Notes: generated by a model from the letters alone, not told the origin. Positions 25,527 to 34,386 are shown, numbered from the stretch's first letter. The stretch is 64,000 nt of DNA from an uncultured Collinsella sp. (GCA_937934165.1 CALGZX010000056.1:25287-89286), one strand, 5' to 3'. Translations and numbers: made by a program.

Positions 25527-26243
25527 TTACGCCTCCTTTTTCTGCTTGTCGCGGGCGGCCTTGGCGGCAAGCGCCGCGCGGACCTTGGCCGCTTTCTCGG
25601 GATCCATGGCAGCGAGCTTTGCCTCCATCTCGGCGGCCTTGAGCGCGGCCTTCGCAGCAGCTTCATCATGCTGAGCATCGGAGCCGGCAGCCGCAGCGGG
25701 CTGGATGGCAGCAACGCCCGCAGCATCGTCGGAACCTGCAGCGCCCTCCCCCGCAGCAGCAGCGGCAGCGGCCTTCTCGGCTGCGGCCTTGCGCGCCTTG
25801 GCCTCGGCGGCGGCGCGGACCTTCATGGCCTTCTCGCGCGCGGCTTTCACCTCGGGCGTGATCACACTCATGGGCTCGGCGGTCGAGACCTGGTAGAAAA
25901 AGCCATTAAAGTCGACCTGCATGTCGGTGATGGCAAGACCAAACAGGTCATGCGCCTCGTTCTCAAACGGGAACACCGCCGGATAATACGAGCTGATGGA
26001 CGGAATCTCCTGGTACCGGTCGATGCCCTCGACTACCAGGTTCTCAATCGCATAGCTGCCGCCCTGCGCGATATGCTCCTGAGCAGCACGGACGTTGATA
26101 AACGTATAGACCAGGCGATACGATCCGTCGTCCACACAGCGCTCGGCATGCATCTGCACAAAGCGCGCGCCGGCACCCTTGAGCGCCTGCACATGCGCCA
26201 GGAGCTCATCGATCCCGACGGTGGTATAGATTGCCTTTTGCAT
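25527..26243 (-). CDS. hydrogenase NuoC-like subunit (EchD-like) with an about 110-aa Ala/Lys/Glu-rich C-terminal extension
   Basis: The N-terminal about 125 aa is NuoC/EchD-like (YPAVFPFENEAHDLFG). The remainder is low complexity (AAREKAMKVRAAAEAKARKAAAEKAAAAAAAGEG...AKAARDKQKKEA). Confidence 0.75.
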   Translation of the reverse strand: MQKAIYTTVGIDELLAHVQALKGAGARFVQMHAERCVDDGSYRLVYTFINVRAAQEHIAQGGSYAIENLVVEGIDRYQEIPSISSYYPAVFPFENEAHDLFGLAITDMQVDFNGFFYQVSTAEPMSVITPEVKAAREKAMKVRAAAEAKARKAAAEKAAAAAAAGEGAAGSDDAAGVAAIQPAAAAGSDAQHDEAAAKAALKAAEMEAKLAAMDPEKAAKVRAALAAKAARDKQKKEA

Positions 26244-26824
26244 TACTCGGCCTCCTTTGCAGCGGCGGGCGCACCGTCAGCCGTGTCTGCGTCGACACCG
26301 GCCCCGGCACCCGCAGCAGCCACAAACCCGTCCTCGCCCAGCTCAACGCCACCGTCCCAGGTTGCGGCACCGCCCACGGTAAGCGGATCGCCGCCGGCGC
26401 GCATCACGGCCTCCTTCTGGTCCAGAATGCCGCACGCCTCTACAATGGCATCGATCACGGTCTCGGGGCGAATGGCGCACCCGGGCGCGTACACGTCCAC
26501 GGGAATCGCGCGGTCTACGCCACCGATCACGTTGTAGGCATCGCGGAACACGCCGCCCGAACACGCGCAAATGCCGCATGCCACCACGCACTTGGGCTCG
26601 AGCATCTGGTTGTAGATCTGGCGCACGACGGGCAGGTTCTGCGCGTTGACCGACCCCGTCACCAAAAAGATATCCGCATGCTTAGGGTTGCCGGTGTTGA
26701 CCACACCAAAACGCTCCGCATCAAACAATGGGGTGAGCGAGGCCAGCACCTCGATATCGCATCCATTGCAGCTCGAGCCGTCGTAATGAATAACCCACGG
26801 CGAGCGCGACATTTTATGATCCAT
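26243..26824 (-). CDS. hydrogenase small subunit, NuoB-like [4Fe-4S] (EchC/HycG/MbhJ-like)
   Basis: Cluster ligand motifs CNGC, ...GICACSGG... and PGC(A/P)IRPE. A GGAGG SD lies 8 nt upstream, and the gene overlaps the next gene by 1 nt (TAATG). It has an Ala/Gly/Asp-rich C-terminal tail. Confidence 0.88.
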   Translation of the reverse strand: MDHKMSRSPWVIHYDGSSCNGCDIEVLASLTPLFDAERFGVVNTGNPKHADIFLVTGSVNAQNLPVVRQIYNQMLEPKCVVACGICACSGGVFRDAYNVIGGVDRAIPVDVYAPGCAIRPETVIDAIVEACGILDQKEAVMRAGGDPLTVGGAATWDGGVELGEDGFVAAAGAGAGVDADTADGAPAAAKEAE

Positions 26825-26836
26825 GAATGCCGCCTC

Positions 26837-29719
26837 CTAAATAAACACGTCGACGAGGATGGGCATAAGGTTGAGCAGGCCAAACACCAGCGCCACGCCC
26901 CAGCCGAGCTTAAAGCAGCTGCGCCAGGTGCTACGGGCGAAGGTGTTGTCGATCAGTACCTCGACAAAATACGTCGCGACCATCACGACCAGGGCAACCA
27001 CCCAACTCACCGGGTTGTCCCAAACAAAGAACATGCCCACCCACATCAAAAACAGCACGGTCTCGCACCAGTGCATAAGGGTCATCTTGGCCAGCGTGCC
27101 GCCGCTCATCTCGGTGGCGACACCCTGGACAATCTCCTGATGCGCGTGATGCGAGTACGAAAGGTCAAACGGCGACTTGCGCAGCTTGATGGTAAGCACC
27201 GCGAGCAGCGCGAGGAAAATGGGCGCGCTGTACACGATGATGGGGGCCGACTGCCCCGTCACGGCAATGGAATCGAAGCTATCGGTGGCAAGGTACAAGC
27301 CCACGCTCATCAGCAGAACGGCGGGCTCGTAACTCATGACCTGCAGCAACTCGCGGTCGGCGCCAACCTGGGCAAACGGGCTTTGTGTCGAGGCGGACGC
27401 CAGCACCACAAAGATCGCGGCGAGCGTCACCATAAAAGCGCACAGCAGCGTATTGGAGCCCGACACAAAGATGCCGCCGCCCACCACGGTAAAGATGAGC
27501 GCGCACGCCATGTAGGTATCGTCCATGGTGTTTACGCTGGCAGGGGCCTTGCGCAGCAGCTTGGCAACGTCGTAGAAGGGCTGCAGCAAGCGCGGGCCCA
27601 CGCGGCCCTGCATACGGGCGGACAGCTTGCGATCGATGCCGTCGATCAGGCCGCCCACAAGCGGCGCAATCAAGGCAAACGCCACGGTGCCTATAAAGAT
27701 GCCCACGACACCCGAACCTTCAAAATACTTGCCGCGCAGCACCGAGGGCGCACTCATGGCAAGCCGCTCGGGCCCAATCCACGCGCAACACAGCAGTGCA
27801 AACAGAATGATGCCGCAGCACACGACGCTACCAGCGGGGCCGATACGCTTCTCGCCAAGGGCGTCCTCCGAGTACCAATTGCGCTTTTCGGCCTTCACCT
27901 CGCGTCCCATCGAGCCGCGGAAATGGCGATATTTGTCGGTTCCCACACCCGAAAGATATACGTTTACGTGCGGCTTGTTGCTCACGCGGAATGAAGTCAG
28001 CAGCACCACGGCGATAAAAGCCACGATAACCACCATCAGATACATGGCATCCTTGCCAATAACGTACGGCACGCGGCCAAACACCATGGCCAAGTAAGGC
28101 GACACCAGACCGCTCGAGATAATCGGGAACGCCACGCAGCACAGAATCAGCAGCGCAGCGATGGTGTTGAGGGCCATCCATTCGGTCTTATGGACATTGA
28201 CCTCGACGTTTTGAGCCGTGGGGTCGACGCCCGAAAGCTTGGCAAGCCACTTGCCCCAGAAGAAGAACGTCGCGGCCGAGCCAAAGGCAAGCACCATGAT
28301 CATGAGCACGTTGCCGGTCTGCGCAAACGCCACCAGGGCGCCCCACTTGGACACGAGCATGCCAAACGGGGCAACAAACATGCCCATGATGCCCAGCATC
28401 ATCAGACGCGTCAGGTGCGGCATGCGGCTGAACATACCGTCCATGTCCTCGATATTGCGGCTGCCGATATGATGCTCGGCCGTGCCCACGCACAGGAACA
28501 GCAGCGACTTTGCCACCGTGTGGAACAGGATTAGGAAGATGGCCGCCCATACGGCCTCGGGCGCGCCGACACCCAAGCAGGCACTGATGAGGCCCAAGTT
28601 GGAAATGGTGGAGTACGCGAGCACGCGTTTGGCGTTGCTCTGTGAGATGGCCATGAGGGCGGCGAGCAAAAACGTGATGGCACCCACACTCGTAACCATA
28701 AAGCCGGTCACGGGATAGATGGCATAGAGCGGGCTCAGCTTGACCATCAGGAACACGCCGGCTTTGACCATGGTCGACGAGTGCAGCAGGGCGCTCGTGG
28801 GCGTGGGGGCAACCATGGCGCCGAGCAGCCAAGTGTGGAACGGCATCTGCGCGGCCTTGGTAAGGGCGGCGAGCGATAGCAGGATGACCGGCATCACCAG
28901 CAGCGCGGATTGCGCGGTTCCGGCGCCGGAAAGCCCGATCATGCCCGAGATGGTCAGCGGCATGCCGTTAACGTGCAGGTACATGAGTCCAGCCAAAAAC
29001 GCGATGCCACCCAGCATGTTGAGGATGATCTGGGTGAAGGCGTTTTTGATGGCCTCGGGCGTGCGCGTGTAGCCAATCATAAGGAACGAGCACACGGTGG
29101 TGATTTCCCAGCCACAGAACAGCCACTCCAGGTTGTCACTCGTCACGATGACGAACATGGCCGAGAGGAACAGGAACATAAGCGCCAGGAACTGCGGGCG
29201 ACGGTCGGGCGCGGTCTGCCCGCGCAGCGCAGCCTCATGCTCGTCGTGGGCCTGGAAGTCCTTCATGTAGCCCAGGGCATACACGCAGATTAGGCTGCCG
29301 ACGATGCCGACGGCGAGGACCATAATCACACTCATGTAGTCTAGGTAGAGCGGCGTCGCCGTGACGGCCTCGGTCGCGGGCAGCGTCATGGCTGCAAAGG
29401 CGAGCGAGCCCACCAGCTGGACTATGCCGAGCACCGTGGTAAGCGCGTTCCTATATTTGTACGCGTTGTACAGGATGACGACGCACAGAACGACGTCGAT
29501 GACGGAGCTGATAATCGAGAGCACGTGCGAGGTGCCGGGGGCAACCTCAAAGCTCTGCGGACCCATGCCAAAAAACATAACGGCGACTACAACTGTCACC
29601 GCCATAATAATGCCGGAGCCTATGAGCCCCACCGCATCGCGGGCGCGGTCACCGCGCGCGAACAGCATGCCCAGCGCCGGTACCAGCGGAAACAGGGTAA
29701 GGAAATACAGTAGCGACAT
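26837..29719 (-). CDS. fused hydrogenase membrane subunit: NuoL/HyfB/EchA-like antiporter module plus NuoH/HycD/EchB-like module
   Basis: Single 960-aa ORF. The first about 640 aa has the NuoL/EchA signature (WEITTVCSFLMIGY, AAQMPFHTWLLGAMVAPTPTSALLHSSTMVKAGVF). The last about 300 aa has the NuoH/HycD signature (DRKLSARMQGRVGPRLLQPFYDVAKLL). Confidence 0.88.
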   Translation of the reverse strand: MSLLYFLTLFPLVPALGMLFARGDRARDAVGLIGSGIIMAVTVVVAVMFFGMGPQSFEVAPGTSHVLSIISSVIDVVLCVVILYNAYKYRNALTTVLGIVQLVGSLAFAAMTLPATEAVTATPLYLDYMSVIMVLAVGIVGSLICVYALGYMKDFQAHDEHEAALRGQTAPDRRPQFLALMFLFLSAMFVIVTSDNLEWLFCGWEITTVCSFLMIGYTRTPEAIKNAFTQIILNMLGGIAFLAGLMYLHVNGMPLTISGMIGLSGAGTAQSALLVMPVILLSLAALTKAAQMPFHTWLLGAMVAPTPTSALLHSSTMVKAGVFLMVKLSPLYAIYPVTGFMVTSVGAITFLLAALMAISQSNAKRVLAYSTISNLGLISACLGVGAPEAVWAAIFLILFHTVAKSLLFLCVGTAEHHIGSRNIEDMDGMFSRMPHLTRLMMLGIMGMFVAPFGMLVSKWGALVAFAQTGNVLMIMVLAFGSAATFFFWGKWLAKLSGVDPTAQNVEVNVHKTEWMALNTIAALLILCCVAFPIISSGLVSPYLAMVFGRVPYVIGKDAMYLMVVIVAFIAVVLLTSFRVSNKPHVNVYLSGVGTDKYRHFRGSMGREVKAEKRNWYSEDALGEKRIGPAGSVVCCGIILFALLCCAWIGPERLAMSAPSVLRGKYFEGSGVVGIFIGTVAFALIAPLVGGLIDGIDRKLSARMQGRVGPRLLQPFYDVAKLLRKAPASVNTMDDTYMACALIFTVVGGGIFVSGSNTLLCAFMVTLAAIFVVLASASTQSPFAQVGADRELLQVMSYEPAVLLMSVGLYLATDSFDSIAVTGQSAPIIVYSAPIFLALLAVLTIKLRKSPFDLSYSHHAHQEIVQGVATEMSGGTLAKMTLMHWCETVLFLMWVGMFFVWDNPVSWVVALVVMVATYFVEVLIDNTFARSTWRSCFKLGWGVALVFGLLNLMPILVDVFI

Positions 29720-29950
29720 ACCATCACTCCCCCATGCAAAAACGCTGCAATTGTTTAACGTTATAGCTCAGTTGAGGAGTAGCGGCGGCGGGTTTTCGGT
29801 CAACTGGGGAGTTTTAGGCGTACGGGGTAAGGGCACGTCCGCATTGGAGCAGAGGGGTGACGTTCCCTTACCGCGGCGACAGGCGCGCGGGCTACTGCGC
29901 GCGGTTTATTGGCCGCATTGGAGGATATCCCGATAGGCTCACGGCGGTCC

Positions 29951-29997
29951 AAAAAGATGGTGCGGCAAGAAAAATGCGCCCCTGTGGGCGCACCATC
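29951..29997 (-). terminator. rho-independent terminator of the HTH gene
   Basis: The minus strand reads GCGCCC-ACAG-GGGCGC followed by ATTTTTCTT, nested in a GATGGTGCG...CGCACCATC stem followed by TTTTTGG. Confidence 0.6.
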
Positions 29998-30004
29998 CCG
30001 TTCG

Positions 30005-30409
30005 CTATTCCGCCTTTTTAACGCGCGGCTTGCGACCGCGCGGCTTATCGACCAGCGCGGACTCACCGCTCTCGCGGTACTGGCGGCACCAGGCCTTGAC
30101 CGAAGACTCGCTGGGAATCTTGTGCTTGATCATGGCCTCGCGAACCGTCAGGCCGTTTTCCAGACGGTCCTTAACCACGGCGAGCTTTACGTCGTACGAA
30201 TAGGTGTGATGGCGAGCGCCCGCATTGAGCACGGCGTCGGCACCGCCCACGGCGTATGCGCGGGCCCACTGACGAGCCGTGGCCTGGGGAATGCCAAGCT
30301 TTGCGGCGAGGGCGCGGTGACCGACCCCCTCTTGGAGGATCTCGACGGCGCGCTGCCTAACCTCGGGCGCATGCGTGCGAGTCCTAGTTGCTTCCGACAT
30401 ACCTGCCAC
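30005..30409 (-). CDS. IS3-family OrfA-like double-HTH protein (orphan; no transposase OrfB adjacent)
   Basis: 134 aa (GTG at 30409, alternative ATG at 30400). It has two HTH-like segments (GHRALAAKLGIPQATARQWARAY and LTVREAMIKHKIPSESSVKAWCRQY) and a basic tail KPRGRKPRVKKAE, as in IS3/IS150-type OrfA. Confidence 0.6.
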   Translation of the reverse strand: MAGMSEATRTRTHAPEVRQRAVEILQEGVGHRALAAKLGIPQATARQWARAYAVGGADAVLNAGARHHTYSYDVKLAVVKDRLENGLTVREAMIKHKIPSESSVKAWCRQYRESGESALVDKPRGRKPRVKKAE

Positions 30410-30740
30410 TTCTACTTCTTAGCCTTAAACGTTAAATTGCTTTCTTACGTGCGAGTTAGATAATAGCATTTTACTGTTTGTTCAAAGCAGTTAATTAAAA
30501 TAGACGCGGCGTTATCTGGGCATTTGACACCAATTTACGACATTTCTTTATCGATTATTTACGCTGGTAGCCAGCTCGCAGCCAATCGTCATTCGCTTGT
30601 CAACATAATTGGCGTCTCTTCATGTCCTTTGCTATAGCGGATATGATTATTAACCCCTCCCCCAATAATTTTGAGTGATCTGCAAGGCAGCAGACGTCCT
30701 CACTCCTCATGATTACCGCGCATTGCCATCCACCGGAGCA

Positions 30741-30783
30741 AAACAAAAAGGGCGGGACCTGCTGCGCTTGCAGACCCCGCCCC
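30741..30783 (-). terminator. rho-independent terminator of the flavin oxidoreductase gene
   Basis: The minus strand reads GGGGCGGGGTCTGCAAGCGCAGCAGGTCCCGCCC followed by TTTTTGTTTTG. Confidence 0.65.
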
Positions 30784-30855
30784 GGTTGACACCCGATGGG
30801 ACGCAGCCGGTCGAGACAGATCCGTGCTACCGCCCCGCCCGGCCGCGATGTTCAG

Positions 30856-32886
30856 CTACAGCTCGTTGGCCGCGTGATATGCCGTGCGGATGGCGCTCGC
30901 GATGTCGGCGGTGCGCTCGCCCGAGCAGTCGCCCACGCAGGTCACGGGCACCGTCACGCCTTCCAGGTCAAATGCGTTGGCCTTGGAGCCCACGGCCATC
31001 ACCACGTAATCGCAGGCGATCTTCACCGGCTCCTCGGCGCCGTCCTCGGTGGTACGAACGGCCTCCACGCCCTCGTCGGTAATGGCGGTCAGACGGGTCT
31101 TAACATGCTGCTCCACGTTGTGCTCTGCGAAGTCGCTCATGATCAGCGGCAGAATGGTCTCGGACTCGCCTGCGGCAATCTTGTCGAGCATCTCGACGAT
31201 CGCCACCTCGCAGCCGTGCTGCAGCAGGTACTCGGCAGTCTCGGTACCCACCAGGCCACCGCCAATGACGGCGACGCGGCCGCTGAGCTCCACCTTGCCG
31301 GCCAGCACGTCCCAGCTCGAGACGACCTTCTCCGAGTCGGCACCCGGAACGGGGATGACCACGTCGTGTGCGCCCACGGCCACAATCGCGGCGTCGGCGG
31401 CGTTGAGGTCCTCGGCGGTAGCGACGTGGCTGAGCTCAACCTTCACGCCCAGGCCAGGCAGAATCTTCTCGTAGTACTCGACCGAGCGCATGATCTCGTC
31501 CTTGCGCGGAGGCGCAGCCGCCAGCACGATCTGGCCGCCCAGATGGTCGCTCGCCTCGTAGACGGTCACATCGTAGCCGCGCTTGGCCGCCACGCGCGCG
31601 GCCTCCAGGCCGGCAATGCCGCCGCCCACCACGGCAATCTTCTTGTCGCCCTCGCCCGGCTTGATGGCGATGGTCGCCTCGTCGCCGTTCTCGGCATTGA
31701 GCACGCACGAGATGTGCTTGCGGTTTTGAATCGCGTCGACGCAGCCCTTGTTGCAGTTGAGGCACTCGCGGATGGGCTCACCCGTGGCGGCCTTCAGCGC
31801 AATGTCGGGGTCGCACATGAGCGAGCGGCCGTACGCGATGATATCGGCCGCGCCGTCCTCAAGAATCTTCTCGCCGGCCTCGACCGAAACCACGCGTCCG
31901 ACGGTTGCCACCGGCACGGAGACCAGGGCCTTGACGCGCTCGGCCACAGGCAGCGTCCAGTTGTAGGGCATGGCGCCCATGGGCGGAATGGTGTCGCCCA
32001 TGTTGCCGGTGTGGTTTGCCTGCGCGACCTGGATCATGTCGATGCCGGCGCTCTCGAGCAGCTTGGCAAACTCGCAGGCCTCGTCGGGCAGCAGGCCGCC
32101 CTTGCCGCGCGGCGTGCCGTCGGGGTTCTCCATGATCACGGGGAGCTTGTACTCCACCATCAGCTGCGGCGCGGCTTCCTTAATGGCGGCGACGACCTCC
32201 AGCGCGTAGCGAACGCGGTTCTCGAACGAACCACCGTACTCGTCGGTGCGCTTGTTGAGGATCGCAGAGCACAGCGAACCCACCAGACGGTCGCCGTGGA
32301 CCTCGATGGCGTCGATGCCGGCCTGCTGCGCGCGGGCGGCCGAGGCGGCAATAGCCTCCTTGATCTGGGTAAGTTGCTCCGCGGTTGCCTCGTTCACAAA
32401 GTGCTGCATATCGTGGTGCAGCTTGGCGTATGCCTGCTTGCGGATCTCGTTGGACTCGGCCATCTTGGCGGCAAAGGTCTCCTCGTCGCCGGCGGCCTTG
32501 GCCTCCTGCGCGGCCTTGGCGGCGGCCATGGATCCCATGACCATGCGGCCGACACCGGGCACGTCGTACTCGGGGTGGAACAGCTGCAGCGCGACCTTGG
32601 CACCGTGCTTGTGGACGGCGTCGGTCAGCGCCTTAAACGTGGGGATCTGGGCGTCGGTCGCCAGCTTGGGCGTGGGGCTCGCGGTCATGACGGGAGCGAC
32701 GTCGCCGATGACGATGTAGCTCACGCCGCCACGGGCCAGGCGCTCGTAAAAAGCCAGGCTGCGCTCGCCAATGGAACCGTCGCGCTCCTCGTAGCCGGTG
32801 GTCAGCGGCGGGAACATAATGCGGTTCTTGAGCTCAAGGGGACCAACCGTAATGGGCTGGAGCAGCTTGGATGCAGGTGCGGTCAT
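30856..32886 (-). CDS. NADH:flavin oxidoreductase, two-domain 2,4-dienoyl-CoA reductase / enoate reductase family (OYE-like FMN domain, 4Fe-4S, FAD/NAD(P) domain)
   Basis: OYE start LELKNRIMFPPLTT, a cluster motif CLNCNKGC, and Rossmann motifs VVGGGIAGLEAA and VIGGGLVGTETA. Start set to the ATG at 32886 because the GAGAGGAA SD abuts the ATG at 32892. Confidence 0.85.
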   Translation of the reverse strand: MTAPASKLLQPITVGPLELKNRIMFPPLTTGYEERDGSIGERSLAFYERLARGGVSYIVIGDVAPVMTASPTPKLATDAQIPTFKALTDAVHKHGAKVALQLFHPEYDVPGVGRMVMGSMAAAKAAQEAKAAGDEETFAAKMAESNEIRKQAYAKLHHDMQHFVNEATAEQLTQIKEAIAASAARAQQAGIDAIEVHGDRLVGSLCSAILNKRTDEYGGSFENRVRYALEVVAAIKEAAPQLMVEYKLPVIMENPDGTPRGKGGLLPDEACEFAKLLESAGIDMIQVAQANHTGNMGDTIPPMGAMPYNWTLPVAERVKALVSVPVATVGRVVSVEAGEKILEDGAADIIAYGRSLMCDPDIALKAATGEPIRECLNCNKGCVDAIQNRKHISCVLNAENGDEATIAIKPGEGDKKIAVVGGGIAGLEAARVAAKRGYDVTVYEASDHLGGQIVLAAAPPRKDEIMRSVEYYEKILPGLGVKVELSHVATAEDLNAADAAIVAVGAHDVVIPVPGADSEKVVSSWDVLAGKVELSGRVAVIGGGLVGTETAEYLLQHGCEVAIVEMLDKIAAGESETILPLIMSDFAEHNVEQHVKTRLTAITDEGVEAVRTTEDGAEEPVKIACDYVVMAVGSKANAFDLEGVTVPVTCVGDCSGERTADIASAIRTAYHAANEL

Positions 32887-33027
32887 GGACATTCCTCTCT
32901 TGTAGGCGCGGCGGCGATGGTGCCGCGTAGTTGTCTAGAGGATATGGCATGGGAGCACGGCGGCGCAACGGAAATCGGCGAATATCAGGTGGCGGCAGGT
33001 AGATGGGGGTGGGCGGGGCGGCCCGTC

Positions 33028-33254
33028 GGTTTGTCTCAATCTGTAACAGTTACTCGGCAAAACTGGGTCTTACTGTTACAGATCGAGACAAACCAAACCC
33101 GCCTGCTAGAAAATCTCAATCTATAACAACAACTCGGCAAAATCCGTCCCTCGTGTTACAGATTTAGACAAACACGACCCAACCCACCGGTATATCTCGA
33201 TCTGTAACACCTAGCCGCCCAAATCGGGTCTAGATGTTACAGATCGAGATTTTG
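33028..33254. repeat. three tandem copies of an about 65-nt palindromic unit (TCTC(A/G)ATCTGTAACA ... TGTTACAGAT(C/T)(G/T)AGA)
   Basis: Units lie at 33028-33093, 33110-33173 and 33191-33254, a period of about 82 nt. The loops share ACTCGGCAAAA. Confidence 0.8.
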
Positions 33255-33294
33255 TTTGAGAGGCCGAGAATTGGACCGAAAACACGGTCCCGAA

Positions 33295-33329
33295 ATAACA
33301 AAAAAGCTCGCCGGCTAGGCCGACGAGCT
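33295..33329 (-). terminator. rho-independent terminator after tRNA-fMet
   Basis: The minus strand reads GCTCGTCGGC-CTA-GCCGGCGAGC followed by TTTTTTGTTATTT. Confidence 0.75.
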
Positions 33330-33338
33330 GCAAGTTCT

Positions 33339-33415
33339 TGGTCGCGGGGGCAGGATTTGAACCTACGACCTCCGGGTTATGAGCCCGGCGAGCTACCAGA
33401 CTGCTCCACCCCGCA
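33339..33415 (-). tRNA. initiator tRNA-fMet (anticodon CAT)
   Basis: 77 nt: TGCGGGGTGGAGCAGTCTGGTAGCTCGCCGGGCTCATAACCCGGAGGTCGTAGGTTCAAATCCTGCCCCCGCGACCA. The cloverleaf folds. It has three consecutive G:C pairs at the base of the anticodon stem and a weak 1:72 pair (T:G), both initiator hallmarks, and it closely resembles E. coli tRNA-fMet. CCA is encoded. Confidence 0.93.
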
Positions 33416-33612
33416 ATGTCTGGGCGCCTCATGTGCGCAAGAAAGAATATTACGCGGGAGTTCGGTAAACGGCAAGGAAAATCTCGTAGAGCATAATTCC
33501 TTCATATTTAAAACCCCTCAGCCCCTATCACCGTAAACGAATCGCGGCCGAGCGCCGTCGACGGCGCGTATACAATGGTGCGCGTCCTTTTATGCCAACA
33601 CCGGGAGTAGAC

Positions 33613-34386
33613 ATGCTGCTCGCTATCGATATGGGAAACACGCAGACGGCCATGGGCCTGTTTGACGGAGACGAGCTGGTGCAGTCGTGGCGCATGCCCA
33701 CCGACCGCTCTTATACCGCCGACGAGATCCATGTGCGCCTGATGGGTTTCTTTAAGATGTACGGCCTTTCGCTCGACGCGGTCGACGCGATCGCCTTTGC
33801 GGGCGTGGTGCCGCAGCTCTCGCGCGAATGGCACGCCGTGGCCGACCGCATTGCCGCAGATGCCATCGTCATCGGACCGCAGACGGCCGCGGTGACCAAG
33901 CTGCGCGCGGCGCGTCCCCAGGCCGTAGGTGCCGACCGCGTCGCTAACGCCGTTGCGGCCGAAACTTTCTACGGCGCGCCGGCAATCGTGGTGGACTTTG
34001 GCACCGCGACCAATATCGACGTCATCGATGAGGACGGTTATTACATTGGTGGAGCGATTGCGCCGGGCATCCGCATTTCGATGGACGCGCTCGCCGCCCG
34101 AGCCGCCAAGCTCGCCAGCGTGCCGCTCGAGGCGCCCGAGCACGCCATCGGCCGCGATACCGAGGAGTGCATCAAGGTCGGCGCCGTGATGGGCGCCGCC
34201 GCCATGGCCGAGGGCCTGGTCGCGCGCATGAAGCGCGAGCTGGGCCGCGAGGATGCCACCGTTATCGCCACGGGCGGTCTCGCCGGCATCGTCGCCGATT
34301 CGACCGATGCCTTCGACGTAGTCGACGGACAGCTCACCATCAAGGGTATCTGCGAAATCTACCGCCGCATGCAGGAGCTGGGATAG
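33613..34386 (+). CDS. coaX: type III pantothenate kinase
   Basis: MLLAIDMGNTQT start, GADR(V)ANAVAA, VVDFGTATNIDV and ATGGLA motifs. GGGAG SD lies 5 nt upstream of the ATG at 33613; the track ORF starts at the ATG at 33592. Confidence 0.9.
   Translation: MLLAIDMGNTQTAMGLFDGDELVQSWRMPTDRSYTADEIHVRLMGFFKMYGLSLDAVDAIAFAGVVPQLSREWHAVADRIAADAIVIGPQTAAVTKLRAARPQAVGADRVANAVAAETFYGAPAIVVDFGTATNIDVIDEDGYYIGGAIAPGIRISMDALAARAAKLASVPLEAPEHAIGRDTEECIKVGAVMGAAAMAEGLVARMKRELGREDATVIATGGLAGIVADSTDAFDVVDGQLTIKGICEIYRRMQELG

Noticed and set aside
30005-30855. A complete insertion sequence.
   Set aside because: Only the OrfA-like HTH gene is present. I found no OrfB/DDE transposase ORF, no -1 frameshift motif with a continuing frame, and no terminal inverted repeats. 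It is treated as an orphan or remnant.
33028-33254. Possible CRISPR array (three evenly spaced repeats).
   Set aside because: The repeat units are about 65-nt palindromes whose 'spacers' are related to one another. There are only three units, no leader, and no cas genes in the window. This is a tandem palindromic repeat, not a CRISPR array.
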